A DNA stretch of 64,000 nt from contig CAVSHT010000006.1 in NCBI GenBank assembly GCA_963727895.1, positions 44,767 through 108,766 of the forward strand, read 5' to 3'. Source of the stretch: an uncultured Methanosarcinaceae archaeon. Lineage in GTDB: Archaea; Halobacteriota; Methanosarcinia; Methanosarcinales; Methanosarcinaceae. Of the stretch, positions 45,110 through 56,002 are shown piece after piece (position 1 is the stretch's first letter; every line of letters starts with the position of its first letter). A program made the position numbers and the translations under genes. The notes below the pieces were generated by a model. It was not told the DNA's origin. It saw only the letters and a list, made by a program, of their open reading frames with translations, and made no database searches.

Positions 45110-45284
45110 TGGTGATCCAGAATAGGTTGATAAATATAATTTGGAATGAAGTTCGTACATACAGTGTTGGAATAAATATAAAATCCCTGCGTGAAATGTG
45201 AAAGTAGTTATTAAAAGTAACTGATAGGTTTGATAGTCGTTGTTATTTCATGAGATTCTAGAAAATAGGAGATTTAAAAAATAA

Positions 45285-46024
45285 TGCATTGGTATCTAAA
45301 AATAGTTATATACTATTAGAAAGTATATTTCTTCATGAACTGCCCAAAATGCAATAGTTCTAATTACAAAAAGAATGGTATAGTTGGCGGGCGTCAACGG
45401 TACAAATGCTCTGATTGTGGATATAACTATACAGTAGAGCTAAAATCAACTGCTTTTTCCGCTTCTGTAAAAAGACAGGCTTTACAACTTTACCTTGAAG
45501 GATTGGGCTTTCGTTCAATAGGAAGAGTTTTAGGGGTGAGTCATGTTTCTGTCCAAAGATGGATAAAGAAATTTGGTCAGGATTTAGAGGACCTAAAAAG
45601 TGAAAATGAGATATCTATTGTTGAAATGGATGAAATGCACACTTACATCGGTAACAAAAAAAATATTGCTGGATCTGGATTGCTGTTGATAGAGTTGGGA
45701 AAAAGTTCATCAACTGCTCTTTTGGCAGCAGAGGAACAGAAACTGGAAAACTACTCTGGGAAAAAGTGAAGAAAAAAGACATTGGAGAAGTGATGACAGA
45801 TCACTGGAGAGCATATGCAGAGTTTCTTCCAGAAAAGATCCATACTCAATCAAAAGCAGAAACATTTACTGTTGAAGGATCTAACAGCATATTGAGGCAT
45901 TTTCTAGCAAGATTGAGAAGAAAGACAAAGTGTTATACGAAGAGTCTTGAAATGCTAAAGTACTCGGTTATTCTATTGATGAAATACAGAAATAAAGAAC
46001 TAGATATATTTAGATAACAATACC
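45285..46024 (+). mobile_element. IS1-family insertion sequence, copy 3 (most complete reading frames)
   Basis: InsA 45335..45769, A8 shift site, InsB frame to 46017; IRs TGCATTGGTATCTAAA / TTTAGATAACAATACC. Confidence 0.93.
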
Positions 46025-46649
46025 CTAGCAATTAATGATCATTCATCTAAACTAAGTTATGAATTTCGTTATTTGAAAGGTGTATATTGCTACTATAATA
46101 GCAATAATCTCATAACTCACAAAAATAACTACAAAAAATAATCACAGAAAAAAGTAAGCTCTGATCTAAGATCCAGCTTCATTGCATAATTAATGGTAGT
46201 GTGTCAACTTAGATAGGCTTATGGGACCTATAAAATGATTCTTTAGTCCTATAAGCTCTATCTGAAGACTTTATCGTATACTCAGGTAAGATGTGTATCG
46301 AGGTTTTTGTGCTTCTGCAAATCAAGACAGGTTATATAGTCTCGTCTCTATTAATAGCATCGACGACTGATTTATTGACTATTTTGTGAATTGATCTGTG
46401 ATGACCTTAATGTACTGTTTAATGTCTGTTGTCATCTGCATATGCACTTACTGCTCCAGCTGTCAATGTCGCCACAGACATACTGCAAGTAGTAAAATTG
46501 CCAATACTTTTTTTATTTGTTTCTTTTATTTGTTTCTATCTTTTTTAACTCTTATACTTCGAAAAAACCTCCTTTTCTGCTGTTTTATCAATAATTTTTA
46601 AACAATTTTTTGAATCAAGGGATTTTCTAAATTTTTTTGTTGATCAATT

Positions 46650-46724
46650 TAGAACTATGCAGTTGAACTGAACGAGGAAGTACAGCCACCAATAACTTAT
46701 GTTAATTCAATTGCATAAATTCTA
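46650..46724. mobile_element. Short MITE-like element with family A-like termini (75 bp)
   Basis: TAGAACTATGCAGTTGAA ... TTCAATTGCATAAATTCTA inverted termini; shares TTGAACTGA with family A. Confidence 0.55.
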
Positions 46725-47105
46725 TTTTGACCAACTATTCGTATTGACTTTCTGTCAACAATCCCTAAATAAACTTTATAAAATATAACTATACTTGTAT
46801 CTGTAAAGCTTTATAGGAGTTTTCTTTTCTAAATAAGGTTTATTTGGTGTTTAATTTCTGAAAAATTTCGTAATTATGCATTTAATACTTATCAGAACTC
46901 TTTTATTCATTTTTTGTTAATAAACAGTTATATTTAACTCTAATATTCAAATTTATCCTTATTAGTTTAAATGTTATTTCTTTATTCGAATTATCAATCT
47001 TTATTCTATCTTTTATTCCTTTTTTTCAATTTATTAAAAAAATAACCCGGTATATTAAATTTATTAGAGAGTACGCTTCTAGTTATCTGTTCTTTTCTAT
47101 TTTGA

Positions 47106-47198
47106 GGAATTGCAGTTAGTTCGAAGGAAACAATAATATATGTGACGAACTGGGATAACAACACTGTATCCGTAATTAAAATACCAAACGTAATGTAA
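47106..47198 (+). pseudogene. Isolated YVTN beta-propeller repeat remnant
   Basis: Translates GIAVSSKETIIYVTNWDNNTVSVIKIPNVM*; no start codon or upstream ORF. Confidence 0.7.
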
Positions 47199-47293
47199 TT
47201 ATTGTTAGTTCCAGCGAGTGCTTTTAGAGAATTTTTCTAATCTTTTTTTCAGTCGCCTTTAAATCCAATAAATATCTACTATTCCTGATCGAT

Positions 47294-48334
47294 GTGGCAC
47301 GGAGAAAACAATTTGAGAAGCCCCTTAATGGGGACAAGGAATGTTTGCGCTTTGCGACCCCTGAGCCTATTGCCCGCTACAGAGCTCAGCATTTGAAATG
47401 TAAGGTTCTGGCTGATATCAGCTGTGGAATAGGGGGGCAGACTGTCTTTTTTGCACAGCAGTGCGAATTTGTATACGCAGTGGAAATCGACCCAAAAAAA
47501 ATCGAGTATGCAAAACAGAACTGTGCGATGTACAGTCTTGACAATGTGAAATTCATTTGTGGAGATGCTCTTGACCCGAAAGTCATTGAGCAGATTCCGG
47601 CAGTTGATGTAATATTTTCTGATCCTTTCCGTCCGGCCGAAGAAAACGAGAGAAAGGTCTCAAGCCTTGAACCTGGAATTCCGAGTGTTTTGGCTGCTTA
47701 TGGGGAAAAAACACAAAATTTTGCTTTTGAAGCTCCTCCTCAGATGCCTCCTGAAAGGATCCCTTTTAACTGCGAAAAAGAATACATTTCACTTGATGGG
47801 CAGCTCAACCGTCTTACCCTTTACTTTGGAGCATTAAAGCAGTATGACCGTATAGCTGTGGCTCTACCTGCAGGAGAAGGATTGGTTTCGCAACAGGGTT
47901 TACTCCCAAAGATTAGGGAAATTGAAAAAATGAAGCTCTGTGCTTATGAACCTGAACCTTCTGTAGTTGCAGCCGGGCTGCTGCCTGAACTTGTAGAATC
48001 CATGATGCAGATGGCAGGCCCTCTTATGGGAGGTTTTGAACTCTTCAGAATTGATAAAAAAAGGCTTTTATTGACTTCAGATTCTCTGATAAAGCAGTCC
48101 ATGATTAAAAATCATTATCTTGTACTGAAAATCTGCCCCTTCAAACCAAAAGAGATCAATAAATTCTTGAAAGGCCAGAATATTGGGAGTGTTGTGCTTA
48201 GAGCAGGTGTAAAGCCCGAAGAATACTGGAAAGTTCGAAATGAGATTGAAAAAGGTCTTGAAGGAAATAAAACAATTCACCTCTTTGTAAAAGGTGTGAC
48301 TGCAATCCTTTGTGAAGTTATATTTAATAATTAA
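47294..48334 (+). CDS. SAM-dependent (probable RNA) methyltransferase with C-terminal THUMP-like domain
   Basis: RFATPE..A.YRA, ADISCGIGG, AVEID, FSDP.RP, YEP.P.V..AGL. Confidence 0.82.
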   Translation: MARRKQFEKPLNGDKECLRFATPEPIARYRAQHLKCKVLADISCGIGGQTVFFAQQCEFVYAVEIDPKKIEYAKQNCAMYSLDNVKFICGDALDPKVIEQIPAVDVIFSDPFRPAEENERKVSSLEPGIPSVLAAYGEKTQNFAFEAPPQMPPERIPFNCEKEYISLDGQLNRLTLYFGALKQYDRIAVALPAGEGLVSQQGLLPKIREIEKMKLCAYEPEPSVVAAGLLPELVESMMQMAGPLMGGFELFRIDKKRLLLTSDSLIKQSMIKNHYLVLKICPFKPKEINKFLKGQNIGSVVLRAGVKPEEYWKVRNEIEKGLEGNKTIHLFVKGVTAILCEVIFNN

Positions 48335-48558
48335 AAAGAGTTTGATACTCACTAAAAAATTTTGAAAGATATTCAGGTCTAATGAAATTTTTGAAAACAG
48401 AACTACGTTTAGTGAAAATTTTGAAAGAAATCTAGATATGGTAAAAGGTTTAAAATGAAAATTAATAGGACAGATAAAAAAGGAAATTGCCGGGAATTAA
48501 ATGCCCGGTACCTGTAAATTTACTTTTTTCAGTCTTACTTACAAACTTACTTACAAAC

Positions 48559-51330
48559 TTACTTGCAGGCTTCTTTTACAAGTTCAAGCCCACGAGCAAG
48601 TGCATCCTGAATTCCTGAAGGGTCAGTTCCACCGCCCATAGCAAGGGCAGGCTTTCCGCCCCCGCCTCCACTTACAAGCTTTGACATCTCGCGGACAAGG
48701 TTGCCTGCATTGATTCCACAATTTAAGGCTTTTTGTCCGGCAGATACCACAAGTTTAACTCCTTCGGAATCGCTTACAAGAAGAGCCACCACATCTTCAT
48801 ATTTCAGGAGTTCAGTGGCGATCTTCTGAAGTTCTAGAGAATCAGCTTCGGGAATAAATTCGGCAATAACCTTGAGGTCTGAAACCTCAGAAGCTCCTCC
48901 CAATAGTTTGTAAACCTTGGCTTTGGCAAGTTCTTCCTTGAGTTTCTCGTTTTCTTTTTTGAGGTCTTTCCATTCCCCAAAGAAACGTTCCACACTTGCC
49001 GGAAGCTGTTCTGGAGGTACACTCAGGGTTTTTGCAGAATCAGCCAGAAGAGAGTCTATATTTTGCATAGCACGTACAGCTGCAACTCCTGCTGCAAACT
49101 CAACCCTTTCTACACCATCCTGAATTCTCTCGGTCTTCAGGATCTTGATAGGACCGATAACTCCTGTACTGACACAATGGGTACCAGCACAGGCTTCAAC
49201 ATCGTCTCCTACCTTTACAATCCTTATTTTTTCTCCTGGAGGTACTCCACCCTGATAGAGTCCAAAGCCGTATTCCTGTTCAGCTTCAGTTCTTGGCATC
49301 CATTCCGTAATCACACGCTTGTTTTGCATAACCGTGTGGTTTGCCAGGAGTTCTATCTGTTTCAGTTCCTCAGAAGATATATGTTTATAGTGAGAAAGGT
49401 CAAGTCTTGAATGATCCTCAAACTTCTGGGCTCCAGCCTGCCAAATGTGTTTCCCAAGTACTTTTCTTGCTGCATCATTTACTATATGAGTTGCAGTATG
49501 ATGCCTGGCAAGGGTCATTCTTCGCCCTTCGTCCACTTTACCATTGACAATATCACCCTTGCGGATATCAAGGGGTCCATCAGGATTCTCTACGGTGTGT
49601 ACTATTACGCCGTTGTAGATCTGAACGTCAACCACCTTATATACGGTATATCCGGTAGTGATTGTTCCCCTATCTGCAGGCTGTCCTCCGCCTTCAGCAT
49701 AGAAAAAGGTGTTATCCATAATTATATGGTTGTCAAATATATCCAATACAACAGCTTCAAATTCCATGCGTGTGGGTTCGTCATAGAAACTGCGTTTTGT
49801 CTTTGGCAGGTGTTTAAGTCGATCTGCAAATGGGACTACTTCTTCTTCCTTTTCTTCAGCCTTGTTATGCAACTCACCAATAATGGAATAGAAGTTGTCA
49901 GGGAATTCTACGTCCACTCCAATTTCGGATGCAACCTCTTTTGCCATTTCAGGTGGGATTCCGTGAGAATCATAGAGTTCAGTTAACTGAGATAGAGGAA
50001 TCTTTTCCCCACTTTTCTTGAAGTGAGTTGCTGATTTTTGAATGATCCTGCGGCCTCTTTCCATTGTATTACGGAACTTTTCTTCTTCAGACTCTATGAT
50101 ATCCTGTATGACCGAGAAGTTATCCCTGAACTCGGGATATTCTGGCATATTCTTTATATGCATATCCATAATTTCGGTAAGTGGAATCCGAATATCAAGA
50201 TCATTCATCATGCGTAAAGTACGTCTTAGAACAAGCCTGGCCAGATATCCTGCTTTGACATTCGAAGGGATAATCCCGTCCCCGAACATGAAAGTCAAAC
50301 AACGTGTGTGGTCAGTAATTGCATAAACCTTCTCTACGGGTTCCATTATAGCCGAGAGTTTATCCACTGTCATTCCGATACTCGATGCGACTTTTTTCCT
50401 GAGTTCCATTAGATTTGCCTGTTCGCTGACATCCATGAAACCTGCAAGTCTTGCGTTTTGAGCCAGAATGTTTGCATACTCTGAGTTATCCAGTTCATGT
50501 TCAAGCCCTGCAAGACCCATAAGTTCGTTAACTATGCCAGGGAAAAGCGCGTCATAAATGGTAGGGGAACCTTTTGAGGCCCATACAAACCGTTCAAGCC
50601 CGTATCCCGTATCAACAATGTAATTATCCATTGGAGAATATGTCTCACCTTTGATGAGAACATCGCCCTTTTTGTCGGATTGCAGGCCCATGAAAACAAG
50701 AGTGGCAAGTTCAAGTCCATGTACAAGAACCTCTACACACGGACCGGCATTTCCTCCACCAGCCCAGGGTTCTTCCTTGTAACTTACAGCAAAGGGATCA
50801 AGCTTAAGTGAACTAAGGAGTTCGTCACAGAGCTCCATTGTATGTTCTTTCCAATAAATCTCATTATCTCTTTTATTGAATGCATGGTGTGCCATCATCT
50901 CAAAGGTTGTAAGATGGCGCCCGCTCCTGCCTACTGAGTCCAGGTCGTTCAGGCGAATGCAGGGCTGAGAAACTGTTAGTGGATTTGCAGGTGGGGGAAC
51001 CTGTCCTGAGGTTACGAATGGCTGGAAATCTGCAATGGATGCGATGGTTAGATAAATGTCATCTCTCCAGCGAGCAACTACAGGATAACGCTCGATCCTT
51101 TTGTGTCCTCTTTCTTCAAAGAAGGAGAGGTAATACTCACGCATCTGTGATATATCAAATTCCTTGGAAAAGATCGGATTTCCTATAAAGGTATAAGGAT
51201 CGCAGGGAGCATCTCCGCATGTCTTTCTGTCAGGGTCACGCGTCCAGAAGAATTTGCCACATGACTGGCACTGCTTCCGGATAAACCCGTTATTTTTGAA
51301 AAATTCAAGTTGATATTCATCTTCAAGCAT
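48559..51330 (-). CDS. alaS: Alanine--tRNA ligase (archaeal type)
   Basis: N-terminal CxxC, QPCIR..D...VG.SGRH.T.FEM, DTGYGLER, HTATH, EACAGTH, GGGGGKP..A.GGG. Confidence 0.98.
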   Translation of the reverse strand: MLEDEYQLEFFKNNGFIRKQCQSCGKFFWTRDPDRKTCGDAPCDPYTFIGNPIFSKEFDISQMREYYLSFFEERGHKRIERYPVVARWRDDIYLTIASIADFQPFVTSGQVPPPANPLTVSQPCIRLNDLDSVGRSGRHLTTFEMMAHHAFNKRDNEIYWKEHTMELCDELLSSLKLDPFAVSYKEEPWAGGGNAGPCVEVLVHGLELATLVFMGLQSDKKGDVLIKGETYSPMDNYIVDTGYGLERFVWASKGSPTIYDALFPGIVNELMGLAGLEHELDNSEYANILAQNARLAGFMDVSEQANLMELRKKVASSIGMTVDKLSAIMEPVEKVYAITDHTRCLTFMFGDGIIPSNVKAGYLARLVLRRTLRMMNDLDIRIPLTEIMDMHIKNMPEYPEFRDNFSVIQDIIESEEEKFRNTMERGRRIIQKSATHFKKSGEKIPLSQLTELYDSHGIPPEMAKEVASEIGVDVEFPDNFYSIIGELHNKAEEKEEEVVPFADRLKHLPKTKRSFYDEPTRMEFEAVVLDIFDNHIIMDNTFFYAEGGGQPADRGTITTGYTVYKVVDVQIYNGVIVHTVENPDGPLDIRKGDIVNGKVDEGRRMTLARHHTATHIVNDAARKVLGKHIWQAGAQKFEDHSRLDLSHYKHISSEELKQIELLANHTVMQNKRVITEWMPRTEAEQEYGFGLYQGGVPPGEKIRIVKVGDDVEACAGTHCVSTGVIGPIKILKTERIQDGVERVEFAAGVAAVRAMQNIDSLLADSAKTLSVPPEQLPASVERFFGEWKDLKKENEKLKEELAKAKVYKLLGGASEVSDLKVIAEFIPEADSLELQKIATELLKYEDVVALLVSDSEGVKLVVSAGQKALNCGINAGNLVREMSKLVSGGGGGKPALAMGGGTDPSGIQDALARGLELVKEACK

Positions 51331-51786
51331 AACAATCTCTCCGGAGGGTTGGGTTTTGCTCTACCCTGGTATATCTGAAAACAAAAGGGGAAATACCCCA
51401 ACTCAGCCGTTTTAAGAAACTTCCGGTTTCTTTAGTGATTTTATGGAAATCTAAATTAATGAATGATAATTCAATTAATTCGTTCGATTCTTATACAATT
51501 CATGATTAATCGGAAATAATGAAACATTAATAAATTTACGCGATGATTTTTGTTACTCGAAGTTGCTTTTGCAGCATAAATAACTTACTAACATCACAAA
51601 ATATATAATAGTTTTATATTAAAACAACTACATAATTATAATCTTTAACCTATTACAGATATTCTACAGAAAAACCTTATTCTTCATTTTAAAAGGTAGT
51701 GAGCTCTTTTTATTGAAATAAAATGTACATTTTATATTCAAAAGAACCGCTAAAAATCTAAGTCTGGAAAAGGTGGTCTCTATAGT

Positions 51787-52047
51787 TTATCTGTATAGAA
51801 CTACCGTTCTCCCGCGTAACTCTATTATTGTGGATTTTGTAGTGGCAGCAATTTCTTCTGCAATAGTTTTTAAGTCCTTACCTTCTTCAGCACTTTTCAG
51901 TACTCTTACTTTCACAAGTCTGTTAGCCTTTATCTGCTTATTTAGTTCTTCTAGCAGAGTGTCTGTTATCCCATTTTTCCCTATATTAAGAATAGGGGTC
52001 AGCTGGTTTGCTTCGGCTTTCAACCGGTATAACTTTTCTTTCTCCAT
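51787..52047 (-). CDS. YhbY/CRM RNA-binding protein
   Basis: L.P.LNIGKNG.T, LVKVRVL, RGRT.VLYR. Confidence 0.9.
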   Translation of the reverse strand: MEKEKLYRLKAEANQLTPILNIGKNGITDTLLEELNKQIKANRLVKVRVLKSAEEGKDLKTIAEEIAATTKSTIIELRGRTVVLYR

Positions 52048-52586
52048 TGCCCTTCCTCTGTTGATAAATGTAATATCTATTTTGCCAATAAGAAACATTC
52101 ATTATATTATAATTTATTGTGAAAAAAATTAACAGTTCTAGATAATATCTTATTTGCTTCTGGAATTGTATGCTATTTGTTTATATCTGGATACTATTCA
52201 TCTGATTTTCTCTCTTTTCTTATCATCCTGTATATCAAAGTTTCCTAGCACCTTGAAAGGAATCAGTTAAGCTTTCGAATTTATTCTGATAATAAATTAA
52301 TTTCCCTTTTTTATTTGATAATTGTTTAATCTTTCAGACATATGGACAATTCAGTGAGTTTTATTGAGGTTCCATATTTATTTTTTCCACTCAGTTGTCA
52401 GTTTTGATTTGTTCTATACGGTAAATAAAATAGATAACATGAAAATAAAGGTTATATAAGGATTATTATCTGTAAACTCGCTAAATTATGATTATTTTCC
52501 CAATTTAATATGAAAAAGGATTATGTTTTAAGATAATTTCGACACATTTATTAGCAATTTATCACTCATAAAGAATTGATACATAT

Positions 52587-52635
52587 AGAATTCTCTGAAC
52601 GAAATTAGTTAAAGAATTCTCTAAACTAAATTAGT
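52587..52635. repeat. 23-bp direct repeat upstream of the transcription regulator
   Basis: AGAATTCTCT(G/A)AAC(G/T)AAATTAGT at 52587 and 52613. Confidence 0.65.
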
Positions 52636-52678
52636 GAATTTATTCCTTTTTCATAAATTCAGGACGGAGACTATAATA

Positions 52679-53488
52679 ATGAATCCCTGCTTGCTTGATC
52701 TTGTTCTGTTTTCAGAGAAGAGAAAAGATTTTTTCCTGCTCCTGAAAGAAGGTCCCAAGGGCATTGATGAAATACTTGAGAAACTTCAGGTGTCCAGGAC
52801 AGCTCTTCTCCCACAAATTAAAAAGTTGAAAGAAGATAATTTGGTAATACATGAAGAGGGAATGTACAGGCTCAGCGCCATAGGGGAAATTATTGTAGAA
52901 AAAGTGCAGCCTCTACTTGATACTCTGTCAATATTTGATAAAAATGAAGACTTTTGGGCTAATAGAAGACTTGCTCCCATTCCTCCCCATCTTATAAGAA
53001 GAATTAGTGAGCTTGGAGATTATCACCTTATAGAGCCGGATCTCAGTCATACTTTTGATTTAAACCAGGAATTTGTAAATAATCTTTCAAGTGCGAGCTA
53101 TGTTCATATGTTTTGTTCTTATTTCCATCCTCATTTCCCTTCTCTTTTTCTTAACCTTGCAAGAAAAGGAATTGAAGTTTCACTTATTTTGAATGAAGCT
53201 GTATACTCGCGGTTTGTAGAAGATTTCACAGAGGAAGGAACAGAACTTTTCAGTGCGGAAAACTCAAGTATTTACATTCTGAAAAAAGAAGGAGTGGAAA
53301 CTCCTGCGCTCGTTGCTGCTGCTAACAGGGTACTAAGTCTGGGATTATTTAATGAGAGTGGAAGATTTGATCGCCAATATGTGGTAAGTTTCGAATCACG
53401 AGCAGTAAAATGGGGAGAAGAACTCTTCAACTATTACAGGGATATAAGCAAGGAAATAACAATTGATCTTGTTTCAAAATTACAGTAA
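52679..53488 (+). CDS. Winged-HTH transcriptional regulator (ArsR-like HTH + DUF1724-type domain)
   Basis: SEKRK..LLL.EGP....EI...L.V....LLPQIKKL; FW....L..IP.HL; A.KWGEELF.YY. Confidence 0.82.
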   Translation: MNPCLLDLVLFSEKRKDFFLLLKEGPKGIDEILEKLQVSRTALLPQIKKLKEDNLVIHEEGMYRLSAIGEIIVEKVQPLLDTLSIFDKNEDFWANRRLAPIPPHLIRRISELGDYHLIEPDLSHTFDLNQEFVNNLSSASYVHMFCSYFHPHFPSLFLNLARKGIEVSLILNEAVYSRFVEDFTEEGTELFSAENSSIYILKKEGVETPALVAAANRVLSLGLFNESGRFDRQYVVSFESRAVKWGEELFNYYRDISKEITIDLVSKLQ

Positions 53489-53661
53489 AACGCAATTTTT
53501 CAACTCTTATGACCTTAATTCTTGGATTGTTTCTTTTTAAACGTAAATTAGGGTTTAAATTTAAATTAAAGGTTTAAATTTAAATCTTTTTTTATTTAAA
53601 CTTTTTTAAGAATCGAATTCTTGGATAATAAACGTGAGAGCTCTTTGCCGCGTTCAGTATG

Positions 53662-53715
53662 TTTATATATTAGGTATGCCTAAATACGAATAAATTCAAA
53701 ATTAGGTTCCCCTAA
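53662..53715 (+). promoter_or_regulatory. feoB promoter: TATA box followed by two DtxR/SirR-type operators
   Basis: TTTATATA 53662-69; TTAGGTATGCCTAA 53670-83; TTAGGTTCCCCTAA 53702-15. Confidence 0.75.
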
Positions 53716-53731
53716 AAATAAGAGCAAAAAC

Positions 53732-56002
53732 ATGAAATTGCCAGTTATTTGTCCTGAAAAAGAGTGTTGCTGTGGGAAAACAGACTGCATTCCTGGAAAA
53801 GGACTTCCAAAAATTGTACTTATAGGAAATCCTAACGTGGGAAAAAGCAGCCTATTCAATTCCCTTTCCGGAAGTTATACTCTGGTTTCCAACTATCCGG
53901 GAACCTCAGTTGAAATAAGTCATGGAAAAGCAAGTATCGGAGATACAGAATATGAACTCATTGATACGCCTGGAATGTATTCTCTGCTTCCTATAAGTGA
54001 GGAAGAGCGAGTCTCACAACTTTTGCTTTTTGAGGAGAAGCCTTTGGTTTACCTCCATGTAGTGGATGCCCGAAATCTCAGACGCATGCTTTCCTTTACT
54101 TTGCAGCTCCTTGAAGCTGAGATTCCTCTTATCCTTGTTTTGAACATGATGGACGAGGCTGAAGAAAGAGGAATTGAAATCGATATCTCTAAACTCAGTA
54201 GATTGCTCAAAATTCCTGTCGTTGGAACCATTTCAAGAGACGGAAAAGGAATAGAAGAACTTAAAGCTGCAATTCTGGAGTTTGTCCCTAAAAATGATAC
54301 GCAAAAATTCAACTATGGTACAGAAATTGAACCATCTATAGAAGCAGTTGAAGATTTGCTTGTTCCTGAAAACGAAGTTGGAATCTCAAAAAGAGTTATC
54401 TCACTTTTATTGCTCCAAAAAGACCTAAAAGCTCTTGAATTCCTTCAAAAAATGGAAAAATCTTCTGAATCTTGTGATGAAAATTGGAAAAAAAGTTCCG
54501 AAGAAATCCAAAAACTTACAGAAGCCGCTTCAAATCTCTTTGAAGTTCCTCTTTCCTATCTTTTCACTCTAAAACGCCAGGAGCATGTAAACGAAATTGT
54601 AGAACAGGTAATGAAGATACCTGAAAGAATAGAAAGAAAAAGTGGTGAGAATGCAGGAACATTTGGAATAAAGAATAGTAATGTAAACGGTGGAGCAGAG
54701 AGGATAAATAAAAACAATAGGGAAACTCGAGTAACAGAGTCGGAAAAGGGCAGTGAAATAAAAGAGGATCATGCCGAAATTTCACGGGAGAAAGACATAC
54801 TCGAATTAAACGCTAACTTAGCGAGAAAATACAAGAACGTAATAACGCAAAAAAGGAGTCTCGATTTTTCCGATAAAGTTGACAGTATTCTCATACATCC
54901 TGTGCTCGGGATACCTGTGTTGTTTTTAGTCCTGTATTTCGGGCTCTATCTATTCGTTGGTGTGTTTGCAGCAGGGACAGTTGTTGATTTCCTGGAAAAT
55001 ACGGTATTTGGAGGATATATAAATCCCTTTATTACTGCAAAGTTTATCTCGCTTGTACCTTATCCGATTTTGCAGGATCTTTTTGTTGGGGAATATGGAA
55101 TTTTTACCCAGGCTGTGACATATGCAATTGCTCTTATCCTTCCGATAGTGGGAGCCTTTTTCCTTGTGTTTTCCATTATAGAAGACACGGGTTATCTTCC
55201 AAGGCTTAGTCTGCTTCTGGATGGCATGTTCAAGAAAATAGGGCTCAGTGGAAGAGCTGTAATTCCAATGGTACTCGGGTTTGGTTGCTCTACAATGGCT
55301 ACTGTGGTTACCCGCACCCTTGAGACGAAGAGGGAACGGCTTATTGCAAATATCTTGCTGGCTCTTGCAATTCCTTGCTCAGCACAATTAGGCATTATTC
55401 TTTCAATTCTCTCAGGAAACCCTGATAGTTTGCTCATCTGGTCTATAGTAATAATACTGGAATTTGTCCTGATAGGTTTTCTGGCTTCCAGAATCCTGCC
55501 AGGAGAAGCTCCTACATTCATACTTGAAATTCCCCCTCTCAGAAAGCCTAAACTTTCAAACATACTGGTGAAAACCTACTCCAGAATGCAATGGTATTTC
55601 CTTGAAGTGCTTCCGTTATTTGTACTGGCAAGTGTTCTGATCTGGATCGGCAGACTAACAGGTCTTTTTGATCTTATCCTGAAAGTCATAAAATACCCAA
55701 CAGTCTGGATAGGTCTGCCCCCCAATGCAGCTGAGGTCTTTCTCTTTGGATTCTTCAGAAGAGATTTCGGGGCAGCGGGACTTTATAAACTGCATGATTC
55801 CGGATTACTTACAGGGGTTCAACTAGTAGTTGCAGCCATTACTCTCACTCTCTTTATGCCCTGTATAGCTCAGTTCATGATAACGATAAAAGAAAGAGGT
55901 TTAAAAACAGCTCTTGCAATCTCGGGTTTTATTTTCCCGTTTGCATTTCTTACAGGATTCATTGTAAATAACCTGTTGAAATTGATGGGGGTCACCCTAT
56001 GA
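53732..56002 (+). CDS. feoB: Ferrous iron transport protein B
   Basis: G1 GNPNVGKS, NYPGT.V, DTPG.YS, NMMD; EDTGYL.R, GFGC, IPCSAQL, PCIA membrane motifs. Confidence 0.96.
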   Translation: MKLPVICPEKECCCGKTDCIPGKGLPKIVLIGNPNVGKSSLFNSLSGSYTLVSNYPGTSVEISHGKASIGDTEYELIDTPGMYSLLPISEEERVSQLLLFEEKPLVYLHVVDARNLRRMLSFTLQLLEAEIPLILVLNMMDEAEERGIEIDISKLSRLLKIPVVGTISRDGKGIEELKAAILEFVPKNDTQKFNYGTEIEPSIEAVEDLLVPENEVGISKRVISLLLLQKDLKALEFLQKMEKSSESCDENWKKSSEEIQKLTEAASNLFEVPLSYLFTLKRQEHVNEIVEQVMKIPERIERKSGENAGTFGIKNSNVNGGAERINKNNRETRVTESEKGSEIKEDHAEISREKDILELNANLARKYKNVITQKRSLDFSDKVDSILIHPVLGIPVLFLVLYFGLYLFVGVFAAGTVVDFLENTVFGGYINPFITAKFISLVPYPILQDLFVGEYGIFTQAVTYAIALILPIVGAFFLVFSIIEDTGYLPRLSLLLDGMFKKIGLSGRAVIPMVLGFGCSTMATVVTRTLETKRERLIANILLALAIPCSAQLGIILSILSGNPDSLLIWSIVIILEFVLIGFLASRILPGEAPTFILEIPPLRKPKLSNILVKTYSRMQWYFLEVLPLFVLASVLIWIGRLTGLFDLILKVIKYPTVWIGLPPNAAEVFLFGFFRRDFGAAGLYKLHDSGLLTGVQLVVAAITLTLFMPCIAQFMITIKERGLKTALAISGFIFPFAFLTGFIVNNLLKLMGVTL

